Shown piece by piece: positions 1 to 7,674 of a stretch of 31,117 nucleotides of DNA; within the stretch, counting starts at the first letter, position 1, and each line of letters begins with the position of its first letter. The notes under the pieces are model-generated. The model saw only the letters and a list, made by a program, of their open reading frames with translations. It had not been told where the DNA came from and searched no databases. This DNA is from a virus (Duplodnaviria; Caudoviricetes), in the IMG/VR virus record IMGVR_UViG_3300037044_000084, positions 1 to 31,117 of that record. One strand, given 5' to 3'. A program made the position numbers and the translations under genes.

Positions 1-1
1 G

Positions 2-437
2 ACGATTTCCTGCGTCGAGGAGCGTGCAGGGGTCTCGCGCAAGATCTGCGGCTTTGTCCTGCCGCTGGGCGCGACGGTGAACATGGATGGCACCGCGCTG
101 TACGAATGCGTCGCAGCGATGTTCGTCCTGCAGACCCAGGGCATTCACCTGGGATTCGGCGAGCAATTCCTGATCGTGATGCTGGCGCTGCTGACCTCCA
201 TCGGCGTGGCGGGCATCCCCTCGGCCAGCCTCGTGGCCATCGTCATCATCCTCAACGCCGTCGGCGCGCGCGTCGGTCGGCGTCCCCATCGGACTTGAGG
301 CCTTCGCCATCATCCTGATCATCGACCGCCTGCTCGACATGTGCCGCACCACCGTCAACGTCTGGGGCGACACGTGCGGCGCCGTCCTCATCGCCGTCAG
401 CGAGGGGGAAAAGCCGTTGCAGCGGGAGCCGTCCTGA
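2..437 (+). pseudogene. Dicarboxylate/amino acid:cation symporter (DAACS, GltP/DctA family), 3' part, frameshifted
   Basis: The frame open from base 2 reads [18 protein letters not shown]...[14 protein letters not shown]. Homology continues in another frame ([20 protein letters not shown]) to TGA at 435-437. A tandem GTCG-GTCG at 272-279 shifts the frame. Confidence 0.85.
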
Positions 438-442
438 CCCGC

Positions 443-1852
443 TCAGGGCTCACGGAACGTGCGGTTCTCCTGATCGGCCGCGATTTCCTCGGGCCAGAGC
501 CTGCGGTACAGGCCGACCGGGAAGGTGAAGGCGCGCAGCGGGCCCATGCCCCGCATCTCGCTGAGAACGCGAAGGGGGCTGTGGGAGGTCGGCTCCTTCA
601 CCCGCCACAGCAGCAGCAGGCAAGAGAGGCGCAGGAAGATCGAGACGAAGAAGAGCAATTGGTAGTTGTTCCATTGGCGTCCGGCCAGGACCACCTGAAA
701 GCCATTGAACAGCTCCAGGAAGAAGCCGCCGGCGAGGGCGCCGATGCCGCCACAGACCCCGGCCAGTCCGGCGATGGCGGCAATGAACATGGAGCGGTTC
801 TCGCGCGGGGCGATCTTCAGCAGGTAGCCGTTGCCGGCGATGTCGTTGCCGGCATTCCAGATGCCGTCCAGGAAGAACGCCACGGCGAGGACGGGAACGG
901 CCACGGCGGGGGTGACCAGGAACAAGGCAACGACAATGAACGGCTTGCAGGCGTCGCAGATGACCATGACAGGCTTGTGGCCATGGCGGTCGGCCATGCG
1001 GCCCCAGACCCGGGCGGCGAAGGCGTTGGCGATTCCCCCGAGGCACCAGATCAGGGTGGCCTGCCAGAGCGGGACCGCCAGGACCTTCAGGACGTACAAC
1101 TGCATGAACGAGGCGGCGAACATCACGCAGAAGGACCAGGCGCACCGGAAGATCAGGTACGAACGGAACTGCACGTGGCGCAAGGGGGCCAGCAGCACCT
1201 CGAGAACCGGGGTTTCCGGGAGCATCTGGTTGGGCGGCTCGTCGATCCAGATGAAGAGCAAGATGTCGATCACCCCGGCAATCACGCCGACGGTCGCCAC
1301 CAGGGGGTAGGCGTGCAGGACCGGCATGGGATCGAGGTACATGAACAGGGTGATCGCCACCAGTCCGGCCACCCAGGTCATTTGCAGGCGGAACTGGCGT
1401 TGCCCCCAATAGCGGTTGAGCACCTGCTTCGGGACCAGGTCGGCCAGCCAGGAAAAGCAGAACGGCGGCGACATGTGCCCGAGCAGGTTGCTGATCGAGA
1501 GCAGGACGACGATCAGGCTCACCAGCGGCCCCGGCCCCCACTCCGGAAACAGGAGCGGCAGGAAGGCGACGGGCAGGATGAGCAGGCGGGAAACGATCGT
1601 GAGGATGACGAAGGTCGGCTTTCGCCGGGAAACACGATTGACCAGGAAGGCCCCGACGAAGTTCATGAACATCATCGCCATCGGCACGCCGCCGAGGATG
1701 CCGAAGTGAAGCTCCGTCGCGCCGATGGCGCGGAAGAATTCCGTCTGCAACGGGCACGAAACGCCCGTCACGAAAACCATGCACAGGCAACCGCCCAGCG
1801 TCACCAAGCTCAGGGAACGCCGCAATCGCTGACCGGAGATCGTTTTGCTCAT
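443..1852 (-). CDS. MFS transporter
   Basis: 469 aa with about 12 hydrophobic segments and the MFS motif WGRMADRHGHK. Confidence 0.9.
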   Translation of the reverse strand: MSKTISGQRLRRSLSLVTLGGCLCMVFVTGVSCPLQTEFFRAIGATELHFGILGGVPMAMMFMNFVGAFLVNRVSRRKPTFVILTIVSRLLILPVAFLPLLFPEWGPGPLVSLIVVLLSISNLLGHMSPPFCFSWLADLVPKQVLNRYWGQRQFRLQMTWVAGLVAITLFMYLDPMPVLHAYPLVATVGVIAGVIDILLFIWIDEPPNQMLPETPVLEVLLAPLRHVQFRSYLIFRCAWSFCVMFAASFMQLYVLKVLAVPLWQATLIWCLGGIANAFAARVWGRMADRHGHKPVMVICDACKPFIVVALFLVTPAVAVPVLAVAFFLDGIWNAGNDIAGNGYLLKIAPRENRSMFIAAIAGLAGVCGGIGALAGGFFLELFNGFQVVLAGRQWNNYQLLFFVSIFLRLSCLLLLWRVKEPTSHSPLRVLSEMRGMGPLRAFTFPVGLYRRLWPEEIAADQENRTFREP

Positions 1853-1985
1853 GGCCCAACACTGGCGGAAAAGGAAAAGCCCGGCGCCAACCAGACCCCG
1901 GGCGGTTCACCGCTTGCTGTCAGCATAGCGGCATCTGCCGACAAGCGCAACCGCGCGCGATGTTTTTTCCGTCATTTCAGCCCTG

Positions 1986-2327
1986 GTGATGAGTGGATTT
2001 TCGCTGTCGGCCCTGTTCACCTCGGACTACATCGAGGGGCTGCAGTGGAAGAAGCCGTTGATCCTGCTGGGCTTCTCGCGGTTCTGCGAGATGGTCAGCC
2101 ACAACGTGTATTCGATGGAAATCGCCCCGGCCCAGGGACGCCTCGCCCTGATCAACGTCTCCGCCTTCCCCGGCATGATGCTCGCCGGAATCACCGGAGC
2201 CGTCCTGTGGCAGGCCTTCGGCAACTTTCAGCTCCTCAATCTCGCCACCGCCGTCACCGTCGCCCTGTCCTTCGGCATTGTCCTGACCCTGCCGGAGCCG
2301 CGAGGCACGCCTTTCCCGCCCGCATAG
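1986..2327 (+). pseudogene. C-terminal fragment of an MFS-type transporter
   Basis: Three hydrophobic helices, a YSMEIAPAQGR loop and an LPEPR terminus resemble the last helices of MFS proteins. There is no N-terminal half. Confidence 0.5.
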
Positions 2328-2406
2328 GCATCGCGCGGTGCGAAATGGCTGGCTCGGGCATGAGGATCAAATTCCCGCCCAGCTCCGGCGTCCCGCCGGG
2401 CTTCGG

Positions 2407-3342
2407 CTAATTCCTCGGCAAGATTGGGGCAAGGACAACACGAAAGCCAACGAGGTACTGCGGGAGCGGTGGGTAATCGTCGCGAATGGCCGCACGGCAA
2501 CTATTGGCGGAGCTGTACCTGCAGCCCCCGCGGAAAACGCGAAAAAAGCCTCTGGAAGACCCGCACGGATTGGTCACCGCCTCCAATGGGTAGTCATCGT
2601 ACCAATCCAAGCACCACTCCCTGACGTTCCCGTGCATGTCATGCAGGCCCCAAGCGTTCGGGAGCTTGATCCCAACCGGATGGGTGATGCCGCCGGAGTT
2701 GCCATTATACCATGCGATCTCCCCCAGGTCGGCCTCAGTGTCGCCGTTGGCGAACCGGGTGGTCGAGCCGGCCCGGCAAGCATATTCCCATTCTGCTTCG
2801 GTCGGCAAGCGGTACTCGGTGCCAAGCGCGAGATCTCCCCCCGCGCGTTCAAGATCGGTGAGTTGCTGACAGAACTCGACCGCCCTATCCCAACTCACAT
2901 AGTACATCGGGCAGTCATCCTCCACGCCATGCAGGGGCCAACGATCCTCTCCGAAAACAAATTTCTTAACAGACTCAACCCAAATCTGTATCAATGTCTG
3001 TGTTGTATAGATGACAGTGCCGGGAGGATGCGCCTTTTGCGCCTGGTCGCGCTGCTGCTGGATGGTCGTGCCCATGACTTCGCGCCACTGCCGCTGGGTG
3101 ACCTCGGTCTTGCCCATCTTGAAGGGGTAGGTGATCTTCACCAGGTGCTGGGTCTCGTTGGCTTCACGTTCCGCCTCGGACGCCGGGCTACCCATCAGGA
3201 ACCTGCCGGGTGGAATCTCGACCAGGGGGATTGGCACGGTGAGGCCCATGGGCACCGGAGGCGCAGCCTTCCCGCAGCCGGACGCCACCATGGCCAGCAG
3301 CCCCGTCACCAACGCCCCAAGCATGATCCGGTGGCGCTTCAT
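2407..3342 (-). CDS. Formylglycine-generating enzyme (FGE-sulfatase/SUMF1) domain lipoprotein
   Basis: Motifs FLMGS, TEVTQRQW, YRLPTEAEWEYACRAG, PNAWGLHDMHGNVREWC and GFRV. Signal peptide with lipobox ASGC. Start placed at ATG 3342 because the longer ORF runs through the tRNA. Confidence 0.92.
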   Translation of the reverse strand: MKRHRIMLGALVTGLLAMVASGCGKAAPPVPMGLTVPIPLVEIPPGRFLMGSPASEAEREANETQHLVKITYPFKMGKTEVTQRQWREVMGTTIQQQRDQAQKAHPPGTVIYTTQTLIQIWVESVKKFVFGEDRWPLHGVEDDCPMYYVSWDRAVEFCQQLTDLERAGGDLALGTEYRLPTEAEWEYACRAGSTTRFANGDTEADLGEIAWYNGNSGGITHPVGIKLPNAWGLHDMHGNVREWCLDWYDDYPLEAVTNPCGSSRGFFRVFRGGCRYSSANSCRAAIRDDYPPLPQYLVGFRVVLAPILPRN

Positions 3343-3391
3343 GGGGCAAACCTTCCCTGCCGACGCGGGCTTGGCCAGCGTCTCGAAAATG

Positions 3392-3474
3392 TGGTGCGCG
3401 GGGCGGGAGTCGAACCCGCACCCCGAAGGACAGGATCCTAAGTCCTGCGCGTCTGCCAGTTCCGCCACCCGCGC
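3392..3474 (-). tRNA. tRNA-Leu (anticodon TAG)
   Basis: Acceptor stem GCGCGGG/CCCGCGC, anticodon arm CAGGA-CTTAGGA-TCCTG, variable arm, GGTTCGACTCC T-arm, discriminator A and encoded CCA. Confidence 0.97.
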
Positions 3475-3481
3475 AAATCGC

Positions 3482-4552
3482 TTATGTTGAATTAGTTATG
3501 GCTTGATTTTTGCTTCCCGAATCCGTGCCTTGGCTACGGTTTGGCACCGGTGCCAGCTCGGGATAGGCGTCGAGGCGGACGGACTCCGGGGAGTCGATGT
3601 AGTGCGTCGTCTGGGAGGCGTTGGTGTGGCCCATGACCGCCCGGAGGTCGTCGAGGGGAATGCCTGACCGGCGGGCGCGGGTCGCGAAGGTCGCCCGCAG
3701 GGAATGGTAGCCGACGCGGGAGACGCCGTCCTCCCCCGTCACCTTGGCGCGGGACAGGATGCGCGAGAATTCCGGGCCCAGGGTGCGGCGCCCTTGCTTT
3801 TCGACCGCTTCGGGGAACAGGCTGGCGGCAGGGCGCTTCAGCCTTTCCAGCTCGCGGCCCAGGGCGGGATGCACGGGGATCCAGACGGCGCGCCCGGACT
3901 TCATGGTCTTGGCCGGCCGCAGCTCGATGTGGCGCAGGCCCTCGCCGAACATCGACCAGCGGAGGGTGGCGGCGTCCGAGATCCGCAGGCCCGTGTAGAA
4001 CCCGACCAGGATCAGGGGCCGCCACCAGGGGGCGACCTTCGCGGCCTCGGCCAGGACGCGGACAACCTCGTCGTCGGTCAGTGGCCGGAAAGGGATCGTC
4101 TTGCGGGGGCGGGTGCGGCACTGTCCCCATGGATCCGGCAGGCCGACGGTCTTCCAGACGTGCGAGAGGACGCCGCGGGCGAGATTGGCCGTGCGCGGGG
4201 CCTTGGAGCGCATTGAATTGAGGTACTGCTCGGCCACGGCCTGGGTGACGCGCTCGGCGGTGGCCACCCGGGCCCAGCGGCAGAACAGGGAGAGGATGCG
4301 GTGGTACGACTCGACGGTCTGTGGCTTTAGGTCGGACGAGGAGAGGAAGGCGGGCCAGAGGTCGTCGAGCGGCATGGGCGGCGGGGTGGCGACGGCGCGG
4401 ATCACGTCCGGAAGGTTGCCGTAGCGGATGCGGGCCGCCCGGGCCTCGGCCTCGCGCCGGGATTCCGTGCGCAGGGAGATCCAGCGCTCCCGGCCCCCGG
4501 AGTAGAGGCGGATGTACCAGCTCGGGCGGTTGGGGCGGCGGAAGATGCCCAT
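3482..4552 (-). CDS. int: Tyrosine recombinase / phage integrase
   Basis: Catalytic motifs TGLRISD, K, HSLR, MGH and HY. N-terminal WYIRLY arm-binding-like segment. Start most likely ATG 4552 (ORF is open to 4603). Confidence 0.95.
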   Translation of the reverse strand: MGIFRRPNRPSWYIRLYSGGRERWISLRTESRREAEARAARIRYGNLPDVIRAVATPPPMPLDDLWPAFLSSSDLKPQTVESYHRILSLFCRWARVATAERVTQAVAEQYLNSMRSKAPRTANLARGVLSHVWKTVGLPDPWGQCRTRPRKTIPFRPLTDDEVVRVLAEAAKVAPWWRPLILVGFYTGLRISDAATLRWSMFGEGLRHIELRPAKTMKSGRAVWIPVHPALGRELERLKRPAASLFPEAVEKQGRRTLGPEFSRILSRAKVTGEDGVSRVGYHSLRATFATRARRSGIPLDDLRAVMGHTNASQTTHYIDSPESVRLDAYPELAPVPNRSQGTDSGSKNQAITNST

Positions 4553-4569
4553 GGAGGTTGACCCGGTGT

Positions 4570-4598
4570 TTGCAAATTCAATGGCTGACCGGTAAGTT
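4570..4598 (+). promoter_or_regulatory. Candidate sigma70 promoter for the 4635-5416 operon
   Basis: TTGCAA-N17-TAAGTT upstream of ATG 4635. Confidence 0.45.
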
Positions 4599-4634
4599 AC
4601 CATTGGGGAAGAGAAATGGAAAGGGCGAAAAAAA

Positions 4635-4877
4635 ATGAAGCTGAAGGCGGAATTCGAGTATTACCGCGCCCACCAGGCTGAGCTCGTGAAGCGATATGGC
4701 GGCAAAGTAATCGCCATCATCGGCGAGGAAGTCTTCGGCCCGTACGAGTCTGACCTCGCGGCCGTCAATGCCATGCTTGGGATGGGCAGAAAGCCCGGCA
4801 CGTTCTTTATCCAGAGGTGCGAGCCGGGCGAGGAGAACTACACCCAGCACTTCCGGTCCCGGGTGTCCTTCGCATGA
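4635..4877 (+). CDS. Small DUF5678-like protein
   Basis: EFEYYRAHQAELVKRYGGKVIAI pattern. Its stop overlaps the next ATG (ATGA). Confidence 0.7.
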   Translation: MKLKAEFEYYRAHQAELVKRYGGKVIAIIGEEVFGPYESDLAAVNAMLGMGRKPGTFFIQRCEPGEENYTQHFRSRVSFA

Positions 4878-5416
4878 GTCATGCCTTCACGGTCAACGGC
4901 AAGGGGCTGTTCAATGTCCTGAAGACGCCGGTGAAGGTGTCCCAGGCGTTCGATCCAAGGACAATGCCGGCCGACAAGCATCCGGAGTCCAGCGAGTTCA
5001 TCGCCATCTGGGACACCGGGGCAACGTCTTCCGTCATCACCGGAAATGTCGTCGCGGCGTGCGGGCTGGAGCCCGTCTCTGTGGTCATGGCCGAGCACGC
5101 GCAGGGCCGCCAACCGACCAACGTATACCTGGCCAACATCTTGCTCCCCTCCGGCGTGGGATTTTCCAGCCTGCGGGTCATCGAGGGAAAATTCTCCGGC
5201 GCGGATCTGCTGATCGGCATGGACATTATCAGTCGCGGAGATTTCGCCGTGACCAACAAGGACGGCGACACGACGTTCACCTTCAGAATCCCATCCGCAG
5301 ATCGGATTGACTTCGCCAAGAAGGCAGAGCCCTACAGGGCGGATACCATTCCGGCGCGTAACAGCCGATGCCCGTGCGGATCCGGGAAGAAGTATAAGCA
5401 GTGCTGCGGCAAGTAG
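4874..5416 (+). CDS. Retropepsin-like (clan AA) aspartyl protease with C-terminal SEC-C motif
   Basis: WDTGA catalytic motif, LLIGMDII motif and terminal RNSRCPCGSGKKYKQCCG. Confidence 0.88.
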   Translation: MSHAFTVNGKGLFNVLKTPVKVSQAFDPRTMPADKHPESSEFIAIWDTGATSSVITGNVVAACGLEPVSVVMAEHAQGRQPTNVYLANILLPSGVGFSSLRVIEGKFSGADLLIGMDIISRGDFAVTNKDGDTTFTFRIPSADRIDFAKKAEPYRADTIPARNSRCPCGSGKKYKQCCGK

Positions 5417-5585
5417 CCGCCCACATTATCGCACTGCGTGTATCCACCTTCCTTCCGACAACCACCGCCCCGCGAGGAAGCACCCCCACGAGGCCAGCAG
5501 CATGGATTCGGCCCCGGCGATGGCGAGAAGGCGGACGCCTGGAGGGTTGGCGGCCGTCGCCGCCCACATGCCCGGCGGCGCGGCA

Positions 5586-6188
5586 TCATCTCGACAGCCC
5601 GGCTCGACGGCCTTCCTCTTCCTCAATCTTTTTCCACCTTGCGTAATTTGCTTCGTCATTAGCTTGAAGATATGCGGCACAAACATATGATGCCGCCGAA
5701 TAAGCAGCAATTGCGTCCCCGTTTCTCTTGGCTATCTCGTATTGCTTAACGGCATCTTCTGCAACATCTTTTTCAATACGCCGTATGCTCTCTTTTGCGT
5801 CTACCTCAACTTGTCTCATATTTTTTTGTTGTTCCGCCTTGCCTGATGATGCAATTTTAGGCTCAAATACATGCCATGCCCAGATTAAAAAAACACATAT
5901 GAATACAGCAATGAATGAAATAGACAGGCACCCCATTGTCCTTACTGGATTAAATTCTAATGGATTTTCTTTGAAAACAACAGGCTCTCGCGAAGGCTTT
6001 GGTATACTTGAGGGCAAAATGGCAGGTTCACAATTAATGCTTTCTGATTTGTTGTACCCTTCAGGAAACGGAACATACGTTTCGTTTTTACATTTTGGGC
6101 ACTTGACAAAGTTGTTGAAATTATGCTCGCCAACAACCTCAAAAGGATGCCGACACGATTCGCATTCGCATTTTGATATTACGCTCAT
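5586..6188 (-). CDS. Zn-ribbon + single-TM membrane protein (low-GC accessory gene)
   Basis: CESC...CPKC at the N-terminus, one TM segment (ISFIAVFICVFLIWAW) and a helical C-terminal domain. AT-rich and co-oriented downstream of the repressor. Confidence 0.75.
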   Translation of the reverse strand: MSVISKCECESCRHPFEVVGEHNFNNFVKCPKCKNETYVPFPEGYNKSESINCEPAILPSSIPKPSREPVVFKENPLEFNPVRTMGCLSISFIAVFICVFLIWAWHVFEPKIASSGKAEQQKNMRQVEVDAKESIRRIEKDVAEDAVKQYEIAKRNGDAIAAYSAASYVCAAYLQANDEANYARWKKIEEEEGRRAGLSR

Positions 6189-6248
6189 TTATCAACCCCA
6201 TATGCCGTTTTGGATGAAATCATTGCAAGCGGCATTGCCCCGACTTTT

Positions 6249-6617
6249 CTATTTTGGGTTCAGCAACGCCAGTTTCTTTTCAGGGGACAAGTCCGGATCG
6301 TCCATGATTGCCTGCTGGATGGCGACCAACCGCTCCAGCTGCCGGAGCGCCACCTCCGATTCGCGCGGAGCCTCCGCGATCGGGATGCGGCCGTGCGGAC
6401 TGATATGCGGCGTCAACGGGTCGGCTCGCATGTACGGACGAATTACCGGCTCAATACGCCCCCAGTTCGTTTTTCGGATGTTCTTGGATTTGCCGGACTC
6501 AATTCGCTCAATGGTGGCGTGAGACAGGCCAGTGCGCCGCCCAAGCTCTTCTTGGCTAAGCTTGAGCTTTTTCCTTGTTTCCTTTATTGCCGCCTGTATG
6601 TCCGGAGTGTTCCACAT
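6249..6617 (-). CDS. CI-like XRE-family HTH repressor without peptidase domain
   Basis: IKETRKKLKLSQEELGRRTGLSHATIERIESG. GGAGG SD upstream. Divergent from the early operon. Confidence 0.9.
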   Translation of the reverse strand: MWNTPDIQAAIKETRKKLKLSQEELGRRTGLSHATIERIESGKSKNIRKTNWGRIEPVIRPYMRADPLTPHISPHGRIPIAEAPRESEVALRQLERLVAIQQAIMDDPDLSPEKKLALLNPK

Positions 6618-6637
6618 AAAACACCCTCCATGCGTGT

Positions 6638-6666
6638 ATTTTACACCCTTTTTTTGAAAAAATCAA
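6638..6666 (-). promoter_or_regulatory. Leftward (repressor) sigma70 promoter
   Basis: On the minus strand TTGATT (6666-6661)-N17-TAAAAT (6643-6638). Confidence 0.7.
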
Positions 6667-6686
6667 GATTTTTCTTCGTTTGCACC

Positions 6687-6715
6687 TTGCAATGCCGGTA
6701 TCTGCACGTTATAAT
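6687..6715 (+). promoter_or_regulatory. Rightward early (lytic) sigma70 promoter
   Basis: TTGCAA (6687-6692)-N17-TATAAT (6710-6715). Confidence 0.8.
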
Positions 6716-6721
6716 GAGGGC

Positions 6722-6919
6722 ATGAAACAAAAGAGAAACTACCACATCGAGGCCGACCTGGGCCGCCAGATCGACCTGCTCGCCGAGGCTACGCCACTCA
6801 AGAAAGGGGCCATTGTGGAGGAGGCCCTGCGCCACGGACTGCCGCACGTGGCGAAAATTTTTTGCCGAGAAAAGAACGTTAGAACGTGCAATGCCCGCCG
6901 CAAAGGGAGGACCAAGTGA
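6722..6919 (+). CDS. Cro-position ribbon-helix-helix (Arc/CopG-like) DNA-binding protein
   Basis: Alternating strand KRNYHIE, helix ADLGRQIDLLAEAT, then KKGAIVEEALRHGL. First gene divergent from the repressor. Confidence 0.7.
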   Translation: MKQKRNYHIEADLGRQIDLLAEATPLKKGAIVEEALRHGLPHVAKIFCREKNVRTCNARRKGRTK

Positions 6920-7167
6920 ACTGCTGCTGCTGCTGCTGCAACTGCGCCGCCCGGGCCGCCGCCGCGACCGAGCGGACATATCAGGACGCGAGGGTCAGGG
7001 CGCTGTACGGGGCGATCCTCTTCGACCCGGAGCTGACCAATGAAAAGAAGGTCGGCCTGATCAAGGCGTCGTGGGAGATCAGCGACGGGGTGCGGCCATC
7101 GCAGGTGCATGTCCCCGTCGCGGACGCGCCGCCCCTCCCTCGCCGTCGCGCGGGAAAGCGAGGGTGA
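6916..7167 (+). CDS. Small poly-Cys protein sharing the repressor's C-terminal motif
   Basis: GGGAGG SD, GTG start overlapping the upstream stop (GTGA), sequence MNCCCCCCNC...AILFDPELTNEKKVGLI. Confidence 0.75.
   Translation: MNCCCCCCNCAARAAAATERTYQDARVRALYGAILFDPELTNEKKVGLIKASWEISDGVRPSQVHVPVADAPPLPRRRAGKRG
6922..6939 (+). repeat. (TGC)6 in-frame trinucleotide repeat
   Basis: Six consecutive TGC codons, read directly. Confidence 0.95.
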
Positions 7168-7258
7168 AATGAGCTGGGAACATTGGACGATTCTCGTGAC
7201 GCAGTGCTTTGGCCTGGGCCTGGTTGCCGGGATGGCGCTGAGCACGACGCAGATGGGG

Positions 7259-7660
7259 CTAAAGCTTGGCGAGGGCGTCCAGGACGCGATTGATGGCATC
7301 GGCCTGTGGGCAAGAAGGATCAACCCGATGCCCAATCGTCTGGGTGGCGGCGACAATGACGGCCAGGTCGGCGCGAATGACCTTGTTGGCAATGGCCCCG
7401 GATCCATCAATGGCCGCAAGCAGCTTGGCCTCGGAATCGCGGAGGCGCTTGAGGTCAATCATTTGGCCCCAACTGTTGGCGTAGACCAGCTTGAGATCGG
7501 AGAGCGCGGCAATGATGGCCTGGGCGGATGCGTGCCGCAGGCCTCGCTGGTAGATGTCAAGATTGAATCGATACCCCAGCCATACGCCGACCAGCGCCCC
7601 GAGCAGGAATCCCCCGGCGGCGCAACAGGCATGAGCCCAAAACGCAACGATCGCATTCAT
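7259..7660 (-). CDS. Antisense membrane-anchored protein (moron-like)
   Basis: 133 aa with N-terminal TM GGFLLGALVGVWLGY. An extended -10 (TGaTATATT) lies 6 nt upstream of the ATG. Confidence 0.65.
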   Translation of the reverse strand: MNAIVAFWAHACCAAGGFLLGALVGVWLGYRFNLDIYQRGLRHASAQAIIAALSDLKLVYANSWGQMIDLKRLRDSEAKLLAAIDGSGAIANKVIRADLAVIVAATQTIGHRVDPSCPQADAINRVLDALAKL

Positions 7661-7674
7661 GGGAGGAATATATC

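Noticed and set aside
341-2410. 689-aa plus-strand ORF
   Set aside because: Antisense shadow of the MFS gene in high-GC DNA, with no recognisable motifs.
3343-3468. N-terminal extension of the FGE ORF
   Set aside because: It is a translation of the tRNA. The signal peptide starts at ATG 3342.
5415-5569. 11-bp direct repeat GCCGCCCACAT flanking a possible small minus-strand ORF
   Set aside because: Short and GC-rich with no SD or other support. Could be chance.
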